In this document: in pieces, positions 49,088 through 58,061 of the stretch | Layout: every line of letters starts with the position of its first letter | Position numbering within the stretch: the first letter of the stretch is position 1 | From: Cyclobacteriaceae bacterium | Lineage (GTDB): Bacteria; Bacteroidota; Bacteroidia; Cytophagales; Cyclobacteriaceae | Length of the DNA: 64,000 nt | Reading direction: 5' to 3' | NCBI GenBank assembly: GCA_947457095.1 | Contig: CANGUK010000001.1 | Location: forward strand, 3,064-67,063 | Notes under the pieces: generated by a model | The model's database searches: none | Told to the model about the DNA's origin: nothing | What the model saw: only the letters and a program-made list of their open reading frames with translations | Translations under genes and position numbers: made by a program

Positions 49088-51488
49088 CTGATTTTTTGTA
49101 AGTGGTAACTAATCCAGCGATCAACAAAAGCACCAATGCATACTGAAAGAGGATCATGGGTGTTTTGGTTGCGGTGTAACTCGCAGGGGCAAAGGTAAAG
49201 ACAATTTCGTGAGTTCCTGCAGGAAGCGAAAGGCCACGAAGCAGGTAGTTGGTTCGAAGGATAGGAGCTTCCTTGCCATCCACTTTTGCGGTCCAGCCTG
49301 CTGGGTAATAAATTTCAGAAAACACAGCCAATCCTGGCTTGGTCATTTCTGCACGGTAGCTCATTTCGTTTGGAGCATGCTTGGTCAGGGTAAGGGTACC
49401 TGCACCCGCAGACTGCTCACCAAACTCCTTGGTATTGATGGTTGCTTGCGCTTTGGTATCAATGGTGCCCAGTTTGTCCATTTCTTCTTTGTTGCTAGCT
49501 ACTGGGACGAGTTGGCTTGGTACCCAAGCAGGACCATTTGCTTCCGGGTTTTCAAATACGGCTTTAGACTCCGCTCCAGCAATCAGGTACTTTGTGTTGA
49601 GCATGTTGATCGTGCTAATACCAGTCCAGTCAAAATTACCCTCCTGGGCTTTTTTGATGAAGTCTTGCAGTTCAAACTCCAGTCGGTAATCCACCAAATC
49701 CTGATAGCGTCGAAGTTTGGCGCCGTGGTATCCACCTAGGCTATTGAATCGGTAGCTAGTGCGTGCCCCTTGGGTGAGGCCTTCCGTGAGCGCAAGCACT
49801 CGGAAATAACCTTTGTCTGCAGCTATGGATTTTTCCGCAGGGGTTTCAGCAAAAAACTCGCGAGCCGGATTGCCTTTGAAGGAATCGCTATTCAGGTAGC
49901 GGCGGTTGATCGTCCAGACATCTAGCGTGACTAAGACAATCAAACCAATGCCTAGGATGCTTTCTGAGATTTTGCCTTTGAGGTAAAAGAAAATTGCACC
50001 CATAGCTAAGGCGACAAATGCAAAACTTTTCCAAGCGGAAGAAGCAAGTAGGTCCTTGCGGTCCGATTGCAAGGCAGTTACTAGCCAATCTGGATAATTC
50101 ACGTCACCCGAACCCTCAAAACGGAAGAATGCACTCCCCATGACAGCCAGTAGTAAAGTAGTGCCGGTCACTATTCCTCCCGAAATCAACAGGGGCTTTA
50201 GTGCTTTAGCATGTGTGAGTTTTTCCAATGCAATCATGCCTAAGACAGGAATCGCAAAAAGCGTCATGCCTAAAGCCATGGACACGGCTCTAAACTTATT
50301 GTAGCCGGGCAAAATGTCAAAAAGGGTGTAGTTGAACCAAGCCAGGTTTTTGCCCCAACTGAGCATCAAAGAAAGTACAATAATGGATCCAAACGTGATC
50401 AGACTTGCGCGTGGCGCTACCCATATACCCAAGATGGCTAGGAATACTAGGATCACACTTCCATAGATAGGTCCTCCAGTAAAGGGTTGATCTCCCCAAT
50501 AGGTTGGGGCACCTTTCACAAAATCATTGATTTGTGCGGGTTCCAGTCCTTGGGAGCGTAGCGCTTTTTCGGAAGCAGAGTCTTTTGGGAGTGGGGTAGT
50601 ACTTCCTCCGCCATAAAAGTCAGGAACTAGGAGGGTCATGCTTTCTAGGATACCATTGGACCAACCAAAGGCATATTCTTTGTCGAGCCCTGCACCGGCT
50701 GTTTCGATGGTAGCCTTCCCTCTCGTGGAGTAAGGGCTATAGTCTAAGGCATTGGCGATTCTACCCAAATTTCCTCCTACACCCAGGATGGCTCCCAAAA
50801 CCAATAAGGCGATGGTTTTGGATAAGCTCCCAAAACCTTCTTTTTTCCAATCATACCCAAGGCGGGTGATGACGTACACCACAGCAATGATCAGCGTGTA
50901 ATAGGTGATTTGGAGGTGGTTAAATTTGAGTTGCAGCAGAAGTCCGAGTCCAAGAAGCGCTGCGCCGAGTAGCCGCTTGCGATCAAATGCAAGATGGATA
51001 CCTGTTAAGATTAATGGGATCAAGCAAACGGCCCAGATTTTTGCATTGTGGCCGGCCTCTAGCGAAAGCAGGTTGTAGGTATTGAAGGAAAAAGCAATGG
51101 CTCCAGCAACGGAGAAAATTGGGCGCACCCCATAGCTGAGGAGCAAAAGGTACATGGCTAGCATTCCAAAAAATAGTCCGTTGATGGGGTGTGGAAGGCC
51201 TAGTGTCAAGATGGAGATCGCTAGGTTGGTGATGTCTCCTGCAAATTCCAAGCTGATGAAATAGGTAGGCATCCCACCAAACATGCGGTTGGTCCAGAGG
51301 GCTTGTTCTCCCGTAGCCGCTCGGTAGTCTAGCACTTCTTTGGCGGAGCCTTCCCATTGCAGGATGTCTCCTTGAAAGATGATTTGCCCATCAAATACGA
51401 GCGGAGAAAAGTACCCAACTACGAGCAAGTAGAAAAAGGCGATGCCGAGTAGGTGAGGGAGGATGTCTTTTTGAAATTGAATCTTCAT
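49074..51488 (-). CDS. YfhO family polytopic membrane protein (GT-C fold)
   Basis: LWTNRMFGGMP, GHNAK, NHLQITYY, GGYHGAKL, VFSEIYYPAGW; start corrected to MKIQFQK. Confidence 0.88.
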   Translation of the reverse strand: MKIQFQKDILPHLLGIAFFYLLVVGYFSPLVFDGQIIFQGDILQWEGSAKEVLDYRAATGEQALWTNRMFGGMPTYFISLEFAGDITNLAISILTLGLPHPINGLFFGMLAMYLLLLSYGVRPIFSVAGAIAFSFNTYNLLSLEAGHNAKIWAVCLIPLILTGIHLAFDRKRLLGAALLGLGLLLQLKFNHLQITYYTLIIAVVYVITRLGYDWKKEGFGSLSKTIALLVLGAILGVGGNLGRIANALDYSPYSTRGKATIETAGAGLDKEYAFGWSNGILESMTLLVPDFYGGGSTTPLPKDSASEKALRSQGLEPAQINDFVKGAPTYWGDQPFTGGPIYGSVILVFLAILGIWVAPRASLITFGSIIVLSLMLSWGKNLAWFNYTLFDILPGYNKFRAVSMALGMTLFAIPVLGMIALEKLTHAKALKPLLISGGIVTGTTLLLAVMGSAFFRFEGSGDVNYPDWLVTALQSDRKDLLASSAWKSFAFVALAMGAIFFYLKGKISESILGIGLIVLVTLDVWTINRRYLNSDSFKGNPAREFFAETPAEKSIAADKGYFRVLALTEGLTQGARTSYRFNSLGGYHGAKLRRYQDLVDYRLEFELQDFIKKAQEGNFDWTGISTINMLNTKYLIAGAESKAVFENPEANGPAWVPSQLVPVASNKEEMDKLGTIDTKAQATINTKEFGEQSAGAGTLTLTKHAPNEMSYRAEMTKPGLAVFSEIYYPAGWTAKVDGKEAPILRTNYLLRGLSLPAGTHEIVFTFAPASYTATKTPMILFQYALVLLLIAGLVTTYKKSDASR

Positions 51489-51659
51489 GCAGGAGTTCAG
51501 CGATTTGGACTGCAAATTAAGTAATTCGAGGGAAAGGCCGTTAGGCTGCTGCTTACCTTTTTCGGCACGAGGTTCATAGAAATAGGGTAGCAAGCCCAAA
51601 GCCCCATTCTTGATCACTTAAATCCCGCGGAGAATTGTCGAGCAAAGCTTCAAATTCAT

Positions 51660-51667
51660 TACTTTTG
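51660..51667 (+). promoter_or_regulatory. Bacteroidota -7 promoter element for ffh
   Basis: TACTTTTG matches TAnnTTTG, 22 bp before the ATG; TTG at 51635. Confidence 0.6.
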
Positions 51668-51689
51668 CAGGAAATAGCCGTGAAGCAGC

Positions 51690-53030
51690 ATGTTTGATAA
51701 TTTAAGTTTGAAGCTTGACCGGGCGTTCAAGACACTGAAAGGCACCGGAAAAATCACCGAAATCAACGTCGCATCTACTGTAAAGGAGATTCGTAGAGCC
51801 TTGATTGATGCCGACGTCAACTACAAAGTGGCCAAGGAAGTCACTGACAAAATCAAGGACGAGGCCATGGGTCGAGACGTCTTGATCTCGGTTTCCCCAG
51901 GACAGCTTTTAATTAAAATTACCCAGGAGGAGCTGACCAAATTGATGGGCAGCACCAAGGTGGACATCAAACTCAGTGGAGATCCTGCCGTGATCCTGAT
52001 TGCAGGTCTTCAAGGTTCGGGTAAGACTACCTTTACGGGCAAACTTGGAAGTTTACTGAAGCGTCAAGGGCGTCAAGTGCTGCTTGTAGCTTGCGATATT
52101 TATCGACCGGCAGCGATTGACCAACTCAAGGTGTTGGGTGAGCAGATCGGGGTGGAGGTTTACGCAGAGCCTGAAAATAAAAATGCACTTCAAATCGCAA
52201 ACAATGCCATTGCCTATGCCAAGAAAACTGGCAAGAAGACCGTTGTAGTCGATACTGCAGGTCGTTTGGCGGTGGATGAGGCGATGATGCAGGAGATTGA
52301 GCAACTCAAAAAAGCGCTCAACCCTTCCGAAACACTTTTTGTGGTGGATTCCATGACGGGTCAGGATGCGGTAAATACTGCGAAGACTTTTGACGAACGC
52401 CTCGACTTCGATGGAGTGGTCTTGACCAAATTGGATGGAGATACCCGAGGGGGTGCCGCCATTTCCATTCGCCACGTAGTCAATAAGCCGATCAAGTTTA
52501 TCTCCACGGGGGAAAAGATGGAAAACCTAGATGTCTTCCATCCGGACCGTATGGCCCAGCGAATTTTGGGCATGGGGGACGTGATTTCCTTGGTAGAACG
52601 TGCGCAGCAGTCCTTTGACGAGGACGAAGCCAAGCGTTTGAATGCGAAAATGCGTCAAAACAACTTCAACTTTGACGACTTTCTTTCTCAGTTGGAGCAA
52701 GTGAAGAAGATGGGTAACATCAAGGACTTGATGGGAATGATTCCAGGTATGGGAAAAGCCATGAAGGGATTGGATATTGATGACGACTCCTTCAAGCCTG
52801 TGGAGGCGATCATTCGCAGCATGACTCCAAAGGAGCGGCAGAATCCCGATATCATCGATGGCAGACGAAGAAAACGAATTGCCGACGGTTCTGGAAGAAA
52901 CATCACCGAAGTCAATAATTTGATGAAGCAGTTTGAGGACATGCGCAAGATGATGAAGCAAATGAATAAGATGGGTGGTGCCAAGGCAGCCATGGGTAAA
53001 ATGATGCCTCCAGGGATGGGGAAGAGGTAA
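51690..53030 (+). CDS. ffh: Signal recognition particle protein Ffh
   Basis: GLQGSGKTT, DTAGR, TKLDGD, Met-rich M domain. Confidence 0.98.
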   Translation: MFDNLSLKLDRAFKTLKGTGKITEINVASTVKEIRRALIDADVNYKVAKEVTDKIKDEAMGRDVLISVSPGQLLIKITQEELTKLMGSTKVDIKLSGDPAVILIAGLQGSGKTTFTGKLGSLLKRQGRQVLLVACDIYRPAAIDQLKVLGEQIGVEVYAEPENKNALQIANNAIAYAKKTGKKTVVVDTAGRLAVDEAMMQEIEQLKKALNPSETLFVVDSMTGQDAVNTAKTFDERLDFDGVVLTKLDGDTRGGAAISIRHVVNKPIKFISTGEKMENLDVFHPDRMAQRILGMGDVISLVERAQQSFDEDEAKRLNAKMRQNNFNFDDFLSQLEQVKKMGNIKDLMGMIPGMGKAMKGLDIDDDSFKPVEAIIRSMTPKERQNPDIIDGRRRKRIADGSGRNITEVNNLMKQFEDMRKMMKQMNKMGGAKAAMGKMMPPGMGKR

Positions 53031-53043
53031 CTAGTTTTCCCAA

Positions 53044-53236
53044 TTCAACATTCTCCAATCGGCGTTGGACATTCGACATTAGAAAAAGTACCCTGTCTGC
53101 CGACAGGCAGGCAAGATCTTTGAATACCAGAACTTCAATCCCAATACGAATCCCTACTTTGTACTTTGTACTTGGTACATTGTACCACCCTTCAACATTC
53201 TTCAATCGGCGTTGGACATTCGGCATTCGAAAAAGT
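53044..53236. repeat. Composite repeat: two 46-bp direct repeats flanking a palindrome plus GTAC-heptamer element
   Basis: 53044-53089 vs 53191-53236 43/46 identical; CCTGTCTGCCGACAGGCAGG at 53092-53111; 53128-53185 matches 36182-36231. Confidence 0.85.
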
Positions 53237-53263
53237 TGACGATTTAAATCCCTAACTCTTGCC

Positions 53264-53893
53264 GTGAAGCGCATTGCCTTAGACCTGCATTACTTTCCTT
53301 GCCTGGAGTACTTTACTGTACTGAGTGGGGTGCAGGAAGTATTTTTGTTTCCAGGGGATCGCTACACACGACAATCCTATTTCAATCGAACGGAGATTTT
53401 GCTAGCCAACAAGGTTCATACCTTGAGTGTACCCATTCAAGGTAGGCGACCTCGAATTCAACTGGCTGAAGTTCGGATTGATTCGGACCAAAAATGGGCA
53501 ATGAACCACCTGCGTGGAATACAAAGCGGGTACGGGAAGGCTCCTTTCTTTGAATATTTCTTTCCTTATTTTGAAGAGGTGCTCAGTCGTGAGGAAACGC
53601 ACCTTTGGTCCTTGAATCTGAATTTGCTGACAATCTGTCTGAAACTACTTCGTTGGCCTGTCAAACTAACCCTAGTGGATCAAGATGAGCTTCCGGAGGA
53701 TGTAATTGACCTAAGGGGTCAAATTATGCCCTCAGGCAGCTATTTGGTCCGTCCCTTTTACCAGGAAGTTCCTTATGGGCAAATTTTTGGCCTAAACTTT
53801 GTCCCTAACCTTTCCATACTCGATTTATTGTTTTGCATGGGAACCGAGTCGGGCAGCTGGCTGGAGAAATCTCAAAAAAAACACGAACAATAA
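53264..53893 (+). CDS. WbqC family protein
   Basis: YFP, RQSYFNR, LSVPI, YGKAPFFEY, F.PNLSILDLLF. Confidence 0.88.
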   Translation: MKRIALDLHYFPCLEYFTVLSGVQEVFLFPGDRYTRQSYFNRTEILLANKVHTLSVPIQGRRPRIQLAEVRIDSDQKWAMNHLRGIQSGYGKAPFFEYFFPYFEEVLSREETHLWSLNLNLLTICLKLLRWPVKLTLVDQDELPEDVIDLRGQIMPSGSYLVRPFYQEVPYGQIFGLNFVPNLSILDLLFCMGTESGSWLEKSQKKHEQ

Positions 53894-53967
53894 CCGAAGC
53901 GATTGTGTTTTTAAAACAAATTCGGTATCATAGTACATCATTCATCATACAATCAGAAAAGGGTTAA

Positions 53968-56499
53968 ATGGAAGCAAAATTTTCGAACAGAGTCAAGGAG
54001 GTAATCTCCCTCAGCCGCGAAGAAGCCCTTCGCTTGGGGCATGATTACATTGGCACGGAGCACCTCTTGTTGGGAATGATCCGCGAGGGAGAGGGGGTAG
54101 CGGTTTCCATTTTGAAGAAACTAGGGATACCCTTGGATGAATTACGAACTGCCATTGAGCGGGCGGTGAAGGGTACGGCCAATCACAATGTGAAAAATAT
54201 GGCCAATATTCCCTTGACCAGACAGTCTGAAAAAGTACTGAAGATTACGTACCTAGAAGCAAAAATTTTCAAGAGTCAACTGATTGGCACGGAGCACTTG
54301 CTGCTTTCCATCCTTCGTGACGAGGACAATATTGCCACACAGATATTGAATAAGTTTGAAGTCAACTACGATAGCATCAAGGAAATGCTTGAAATGCAGT
54401 CGGACAGCAGTTCTTCTCCAAAGGCCCGTGCCGAGGCAGAAGATGGGGACGAGGATGGTTCCAAACTGTTTGGTTCTTCTTCTTCAGGAGGAGGATCCAA
54501 CAAGCCAGGGGCAGAGAAGTCCCGTACTCCAGTTTTGGACAACTTTGGTCGCGACCTCACCAAAATGGCTGAGGACGACAAACTCGACCCGATCATTGGT
54601 CGAGAAAAAGAAATCGAACGTGTGGCCCAAATTCTTTCGCGTAGAAAGAAGAACAATCCGATTTTGATTGGTGAGCCAGGCGTGGGTAAAACAGCCATTG
54701 CAGAAGGCTTGGCCTTGCGCATTGTCCAGAAAAAAGTTTCCCGAATCTTGTTCAACAAGCGCGTAGTGACCTTGGATCTCGCATCCTTGGTAGCAGGCAC
54801 CAAGTACAGAGGACAGTTTGAGGAGCGAATGAAGGCGGTAATGAATGAGTTGGAAAAATCACCAAACGTGATCCTTTTCATCGATGAATTGCACACGATT
54901 GTAGGCGCAGGTGGTGCTTCCGGTTCTTTGGATGCCTCCAACATGTTTAAGCCTGCCTTGGCACGTGGAGAAATCCAATGCATCGGCGCTACGACTTTGG
55001 ACGAATACAGACAGTACATTGAAAAGGATGGCGCTTTGGCCCGTCGTTTCCAAATGGTGATGGTGGATGCCACCTCTCCAGAGGAGACGATTCAAATCCT
55101 AAACAATATCAAAGACAAATACGAGGATCACCACAACGTCATCTATACCGATGCTGCAATTGAGGGATGCGTGAAGCTTTCGGACCGTTACATTTCCGAT
55201 CGTTTCCTTCCAGATAAGGCTATTGACGTCTTAGATGAAGCGGGTGCTCGTGTACACATCATGAATATCCATGTTCCTGAAGATATCTTGCGCTTGGAAT
55301 CGGAAGTAGAGAATATCAAAGCCGAGAAAAATCGCGTAGTTAAATCTCAGAAATACGAAGAAGCCGCACAGCTTCGCGACAAAGAGAAGAAACTTTTGGA
55401 GCAGCTGGATGAGGCAAAAGTGAAGTGGGAAGAGGAAAGCAAGACCAAGCGCTTTACCGTGGATGAGGATCATGTAGCAGAAGTAATTGCGATGATGACC
55501 GGAATTCCAGCCAAGCGAGTAGCACAGAAAGAGGGCAACAAGCTCCTCAATATGGGCGAGGAGCTAAAGGGCAGAGTAATCGGTCAGGAAGAAGCAATTA
55601 AGAAATTAACCAAAGCAATCCAGCGTACGCGCGTAGGATTGAAAGATCCTAAGAAGCCGATCGGCTCCTTTATTTTCCTAGGTCCTACGGGAGTTGGAAA
55701 AACGGAGTTGGCCAAGACCTTAGCCACCTATCTCTTCGACAAGGAAGATTCTTTGATTCGAATCGATATGTCTGAGTACATGGAGAAATTCTCGGTATCT
55801 CGATTGGTAGGGGCACCTCCAGGCTATGTAGGTTACGAAGAAGGGGGACAGCTTACTGAGAAAGTTCGTAGAAAACCCTACTCGGTAATTCTCCTTGACG
55901 AAATCGAAAAAGCCCACCCGGATGTGTTCAATATCCTACTCCAAGTGTTGGACGATGGCATCTTGACAGATGGTCTTGGACGAAGAGTAGATTTCCGAAA
56001 TACGATCATCATTATGACTTCCAATATTGGGGTACGTGACTTGAAGGACTTTGGTGCGGGCATTGGTTTTGCCAACCGTGCCAAGGCGGACAACATGGAT
56101 GAAATCATGAAATCAACCATTCAGTCTGCCTTGAAGAAGGCCTTTAGTCCAGAGTTTTTGAATCGCTTGGACGATGTGGTGGTGTTTAACTCACTGAGCA
56201 AGGAAGATATTTTCAAAATTATCGACATCAGCTTGGGTAAGTTGTTTCACCGCATCACCGACTTGGGCTACAAAATCGAGCTCACGGAGAAGGCGAAAGA
56301 ATTCTTAGCAAACAAAGGATATGACCAGCAGTATGGAGCAAGACCTTTGAATCGTGCCATCCAAAAGTATTTGGAAGACGCCATTGCGGAAGAAATCTTG
56401 AAAGGAGATCTGTCTGAAGGCGATGTGATTACGGCCGATTATACCGATGAAGCCACGGAGCTTTCACTATCTGTAACGAAGAAAGAAAAAGCAGACTAA
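53968..56499 (+). CDS. clpC: ATP-dependent Clp protease ATP-binding subunit ClpC
   Basis: Two Clp-N repeats, GEPGVGKT, UVR domain, GPTGVGKT, IGF loop. Confidence 0.95.
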   Translation: MEAKFSNRVKEVISLSREEALRLGHDYIGTEHLLLGMIREGEGVAVSILKKLGIPLDELRTAIERAVKGTANHNVKNMANIPLTRQSEKVLKITYLEAKIFKSQLIGTEHLLLSILRDEDNIATQILNKFEVNYDSIKEMLEMQSDSSSSPKARAEAEDGDEDGSKLFGSSSSGGGSNKPGAEKSRTPVLDNFGRDLTKMAEDDKLDPIIGREKEIERVAQILSRRKKNNPILIGEPGVGKTAIAEGLALRIVQKKVSRILFNKRVVTLDLASLVAGTKYRGQFEERMKAVMNELEKSPNVILFIDELHTIVGAGGASGSLDASNMFKPALARGEIQCIGATTLDEYRQYIEKDGALARRFQMVMVDATSPEETIQILNNIKDKYEDHHNVIYTDAAIEGCVKLSDRYISDRFLPDKAIDVLDEAGARVHIMNIHVPEDILRLESEVENIKAEKNRVVKSQKYEEAAQLRDKEKKLLEQLDEAKVKWEEESKTKRFTVDEDHVAEVIAMMTGIPAKRVAQKEGNKLLNMGEELKGRVIGQEEAIKKLTKAIQRTRVGLKDPKKPIGSFIFLGPTGVGKTELAKTLATYLFDKEDSLIRIDMSEYMEKFSVSRLVGAPPGYVGYEEGGQLTEKVRRKPYSVILLDEIEKAHPDVFNILLQVLDDGILTDGLGRRVDFRNTIIIMTSNIGVRDLKDFGAGIGFANRAKADNMDEIMKSTIQSALKKAFSPEFLNRLDDVVVFNSLSKEDIFKIIDISLGKLFHRITDLGYKIELTEKAKEFLANKGYDQQYGARPLNRAIQKYLEDAIAEEILKGDLSEGDVITADYTDEATELSLSVTKKEKAD

Positions 56500-56514
56500 A
56501 AGTTTGACTAATAG

Positions 56515-56557
56515 AAAAAGAGCCTTGGGAACATTCGTTCTCAAGGCTCTTTTTTTT
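56515..56557. terminator. Bidirectional intrinsic terminator
   Basis: AAAAAGAGCCTTGGGAAC/GTTCTCAAGGCTCTTTTT between convergent genes. Confidence 0.9.
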
Positions 56558-56572
56558 GGTGAATTCGAGGAG

Positions 56573-57970
56573 TTAAATCCCTTCAAATAAGACAAAGGAT
56601 TCCAGGTAATTGGGAAGGATAGTGTGCCAGCCCAGTTCCTGATTGAGTTTGTAGGCCAAAGCTTCTGCACTTGTGGGCTCCCCATGCACCACAAAGGTGA
56701 ATTTTGGTTTTTCGGTAAATCCTTCAGCCCAATCCATCAGTTCCTCCTGGTCCGCATGGGCAGAAAGGCCTTCGATAGGATAGACCTTGGCACGAACAGG
56801 AACTTCCTCACCATAGATGCGGAGGCTAGGGTCTCCATCAAGGAGATGCCGACCGCGTGTTTCTTGGGCTTGGTATCCCACGATGATGACCCCATTTTTT
56901 TCATGGGGCAGGTGTTGCTTGAGGTGGTGCAGGATCCGACCACCGGTAGCCATCCCACTGGCTGAAATGATAATCGCCTTTCCAGAGAAGTTATTCAGCG
57001 ACATGGATTCCTCCTTTTTCTGAAAATAATGCAGATGGGGGTGTTTAAAGGCATGTTCGTCTTCGAGTAGCATGGCACTCAGGCGATGGTCATTTCGATA
57101 ATCCAGGTACAATTTGGTGGCATCGATCGCCATTGGACTATCACTAAAGATGGGCGCCTTTGGAATTTTCCCCTTTTCCATCAATTGGTAAAGGTGGTAG
57201 AGTAGGAGTTGGGTTCTACCGACTGCAAAGGCAGGGATAATCACCAGTCCTCCCCGATCAAATGTGTCTCGGATGGCACGAGCGAGTTCTTCTTCTGGTT
57301 TTGAGTTGGGGGATTTACGGTCTCCGTAAGTGGACTCTATCCACAAGACATCTGCTTTTGGAATACAGGCAGGGGGAAAAAGCAGCGGATCTTTGTATCG
57401 CCCCAAATCGCCTGAAAATACAAGTCTTTTAGTTTCCCGTTCTCCCTGGATTAGGAATTTAACGATGGAGGCTCCAAGAATGTGGCCTGCATGGAAAAAG
57501 GTCACCGTGACGGCTGGGTGTATGGAAAAAGGCTGTTCAAAGGGCTTAGGAACAAATAAGGGGAACACGGCTTCAGCATCTGCCTTGGTGTAGAGAGGTT
57601 GGGGATCCTCGTGGCGAGAATAGCCTTTTTTGCGGGCATATTCGGCTTCTTCCTCCTGCAATTTGCCGGAGTCGAGGAGTAAGATTTTTGCAAGGGCAGC
57701 GGTGGCTTCCGTGCAATAGATTGGACCATTAAATCCTTGTTGAACCAACCGAGGAAGGTAGCCGATGTGATCCAAGTGCGCATGGGTGAGGACTACTGCC
57801 TCCAAGTCTTCCAGCGGCATGGGAAATTTATCCCAGTTGAGTTCACGAAGTTTTCTTCCTCCTTGAAATAATCCACAATCGACAAGAAATTCAAAATCTC
57901 CTAGGTCAATTAGGTATTTGGAGCCGGTAACCACACCGGAACCCCCTAAAAATTTGGCAATGACATCCAT
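56573..57970 (-). CDS. Metallo-beta-lactamase / beta-CASP ribonuclease (Ysh1-like)
   Basis: VTGSKY, DCGLFQG, THAHLDH, AGHILG, SGDLG, ESTYG, SAHAD, VHGE. Confidence 0.93.
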   Translation of the reverse strand: MDVIAKFLGGSGVVTGSKYLIDLGDFEFLVDCGLFQGGRKLRELNWDKFPMPLEDLEAVVLTHAHLDHIGYLPRLVQQGFNGPIYCTEATAALAKILLLDSGKLQEEEAEYARKKGYSRHEDPQPLYTKADAEAVFPLFVPKPFEQPFSIHPAVTVTFFHAGHILGASIVKFLIQGERETKRLVFSGDLGRYKDPLLFPPACIPKADVLWIESTYGDRKSPNSKPEEELARAIRDTFDRGGLVIIPAFAVGRTQLLLYHLYQLMEKGKIPKAPIFSDSPMAIDATKLYLDYRNDHRLSAMLLEDEHAFKHPHLHYFQKKEESMSLNNFSGKAIIISASGMATGGRILHHLKQHLPHEKNGVIIVGYQAQETRGRHLLDGDPSLRIYGEEVPVRAKVYPIEGLSAHADQEELMDWAEGFTEKPKFTFVVHGEPTSAEALAYKLNQELGWHTILPNYLESFVLFEGI

Positions 57971-57996
57971 TGTATAAAAGTTTGGCCAGAAGGTAC

Positions 57997-58029
57997 AAAA
58001 AAAAAGTGGCCCCGCATGCAGGGCCACTT
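57997..58029 (-). terminator. Intrinsic terminator of padR-pspC
   Basis: AAGTGGCCC/GGGCCACTT stem with A-tract on +. Confidence 0.8.
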
Positions 58030-58061
58030 GTATCAACTAAAATATAACTAGGGAATACGAG

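Noticed and set aside
51667-51689. GCAGG...GAAGCAGC in the ffh leader resembling SRP RNA helix 8
   Set aside because: The intervening bases form no stem or GNRA loop, flanks do not pair, and the 5' part overlaps the promoter/TSS.
53044-53236. 46-bp direct repeats as a CRISPR array
   Set aside because: Only two copies, a 101-bp 'spacer' that is itself a repeat, no GTTG...CAAC-type termini and no cas genes.
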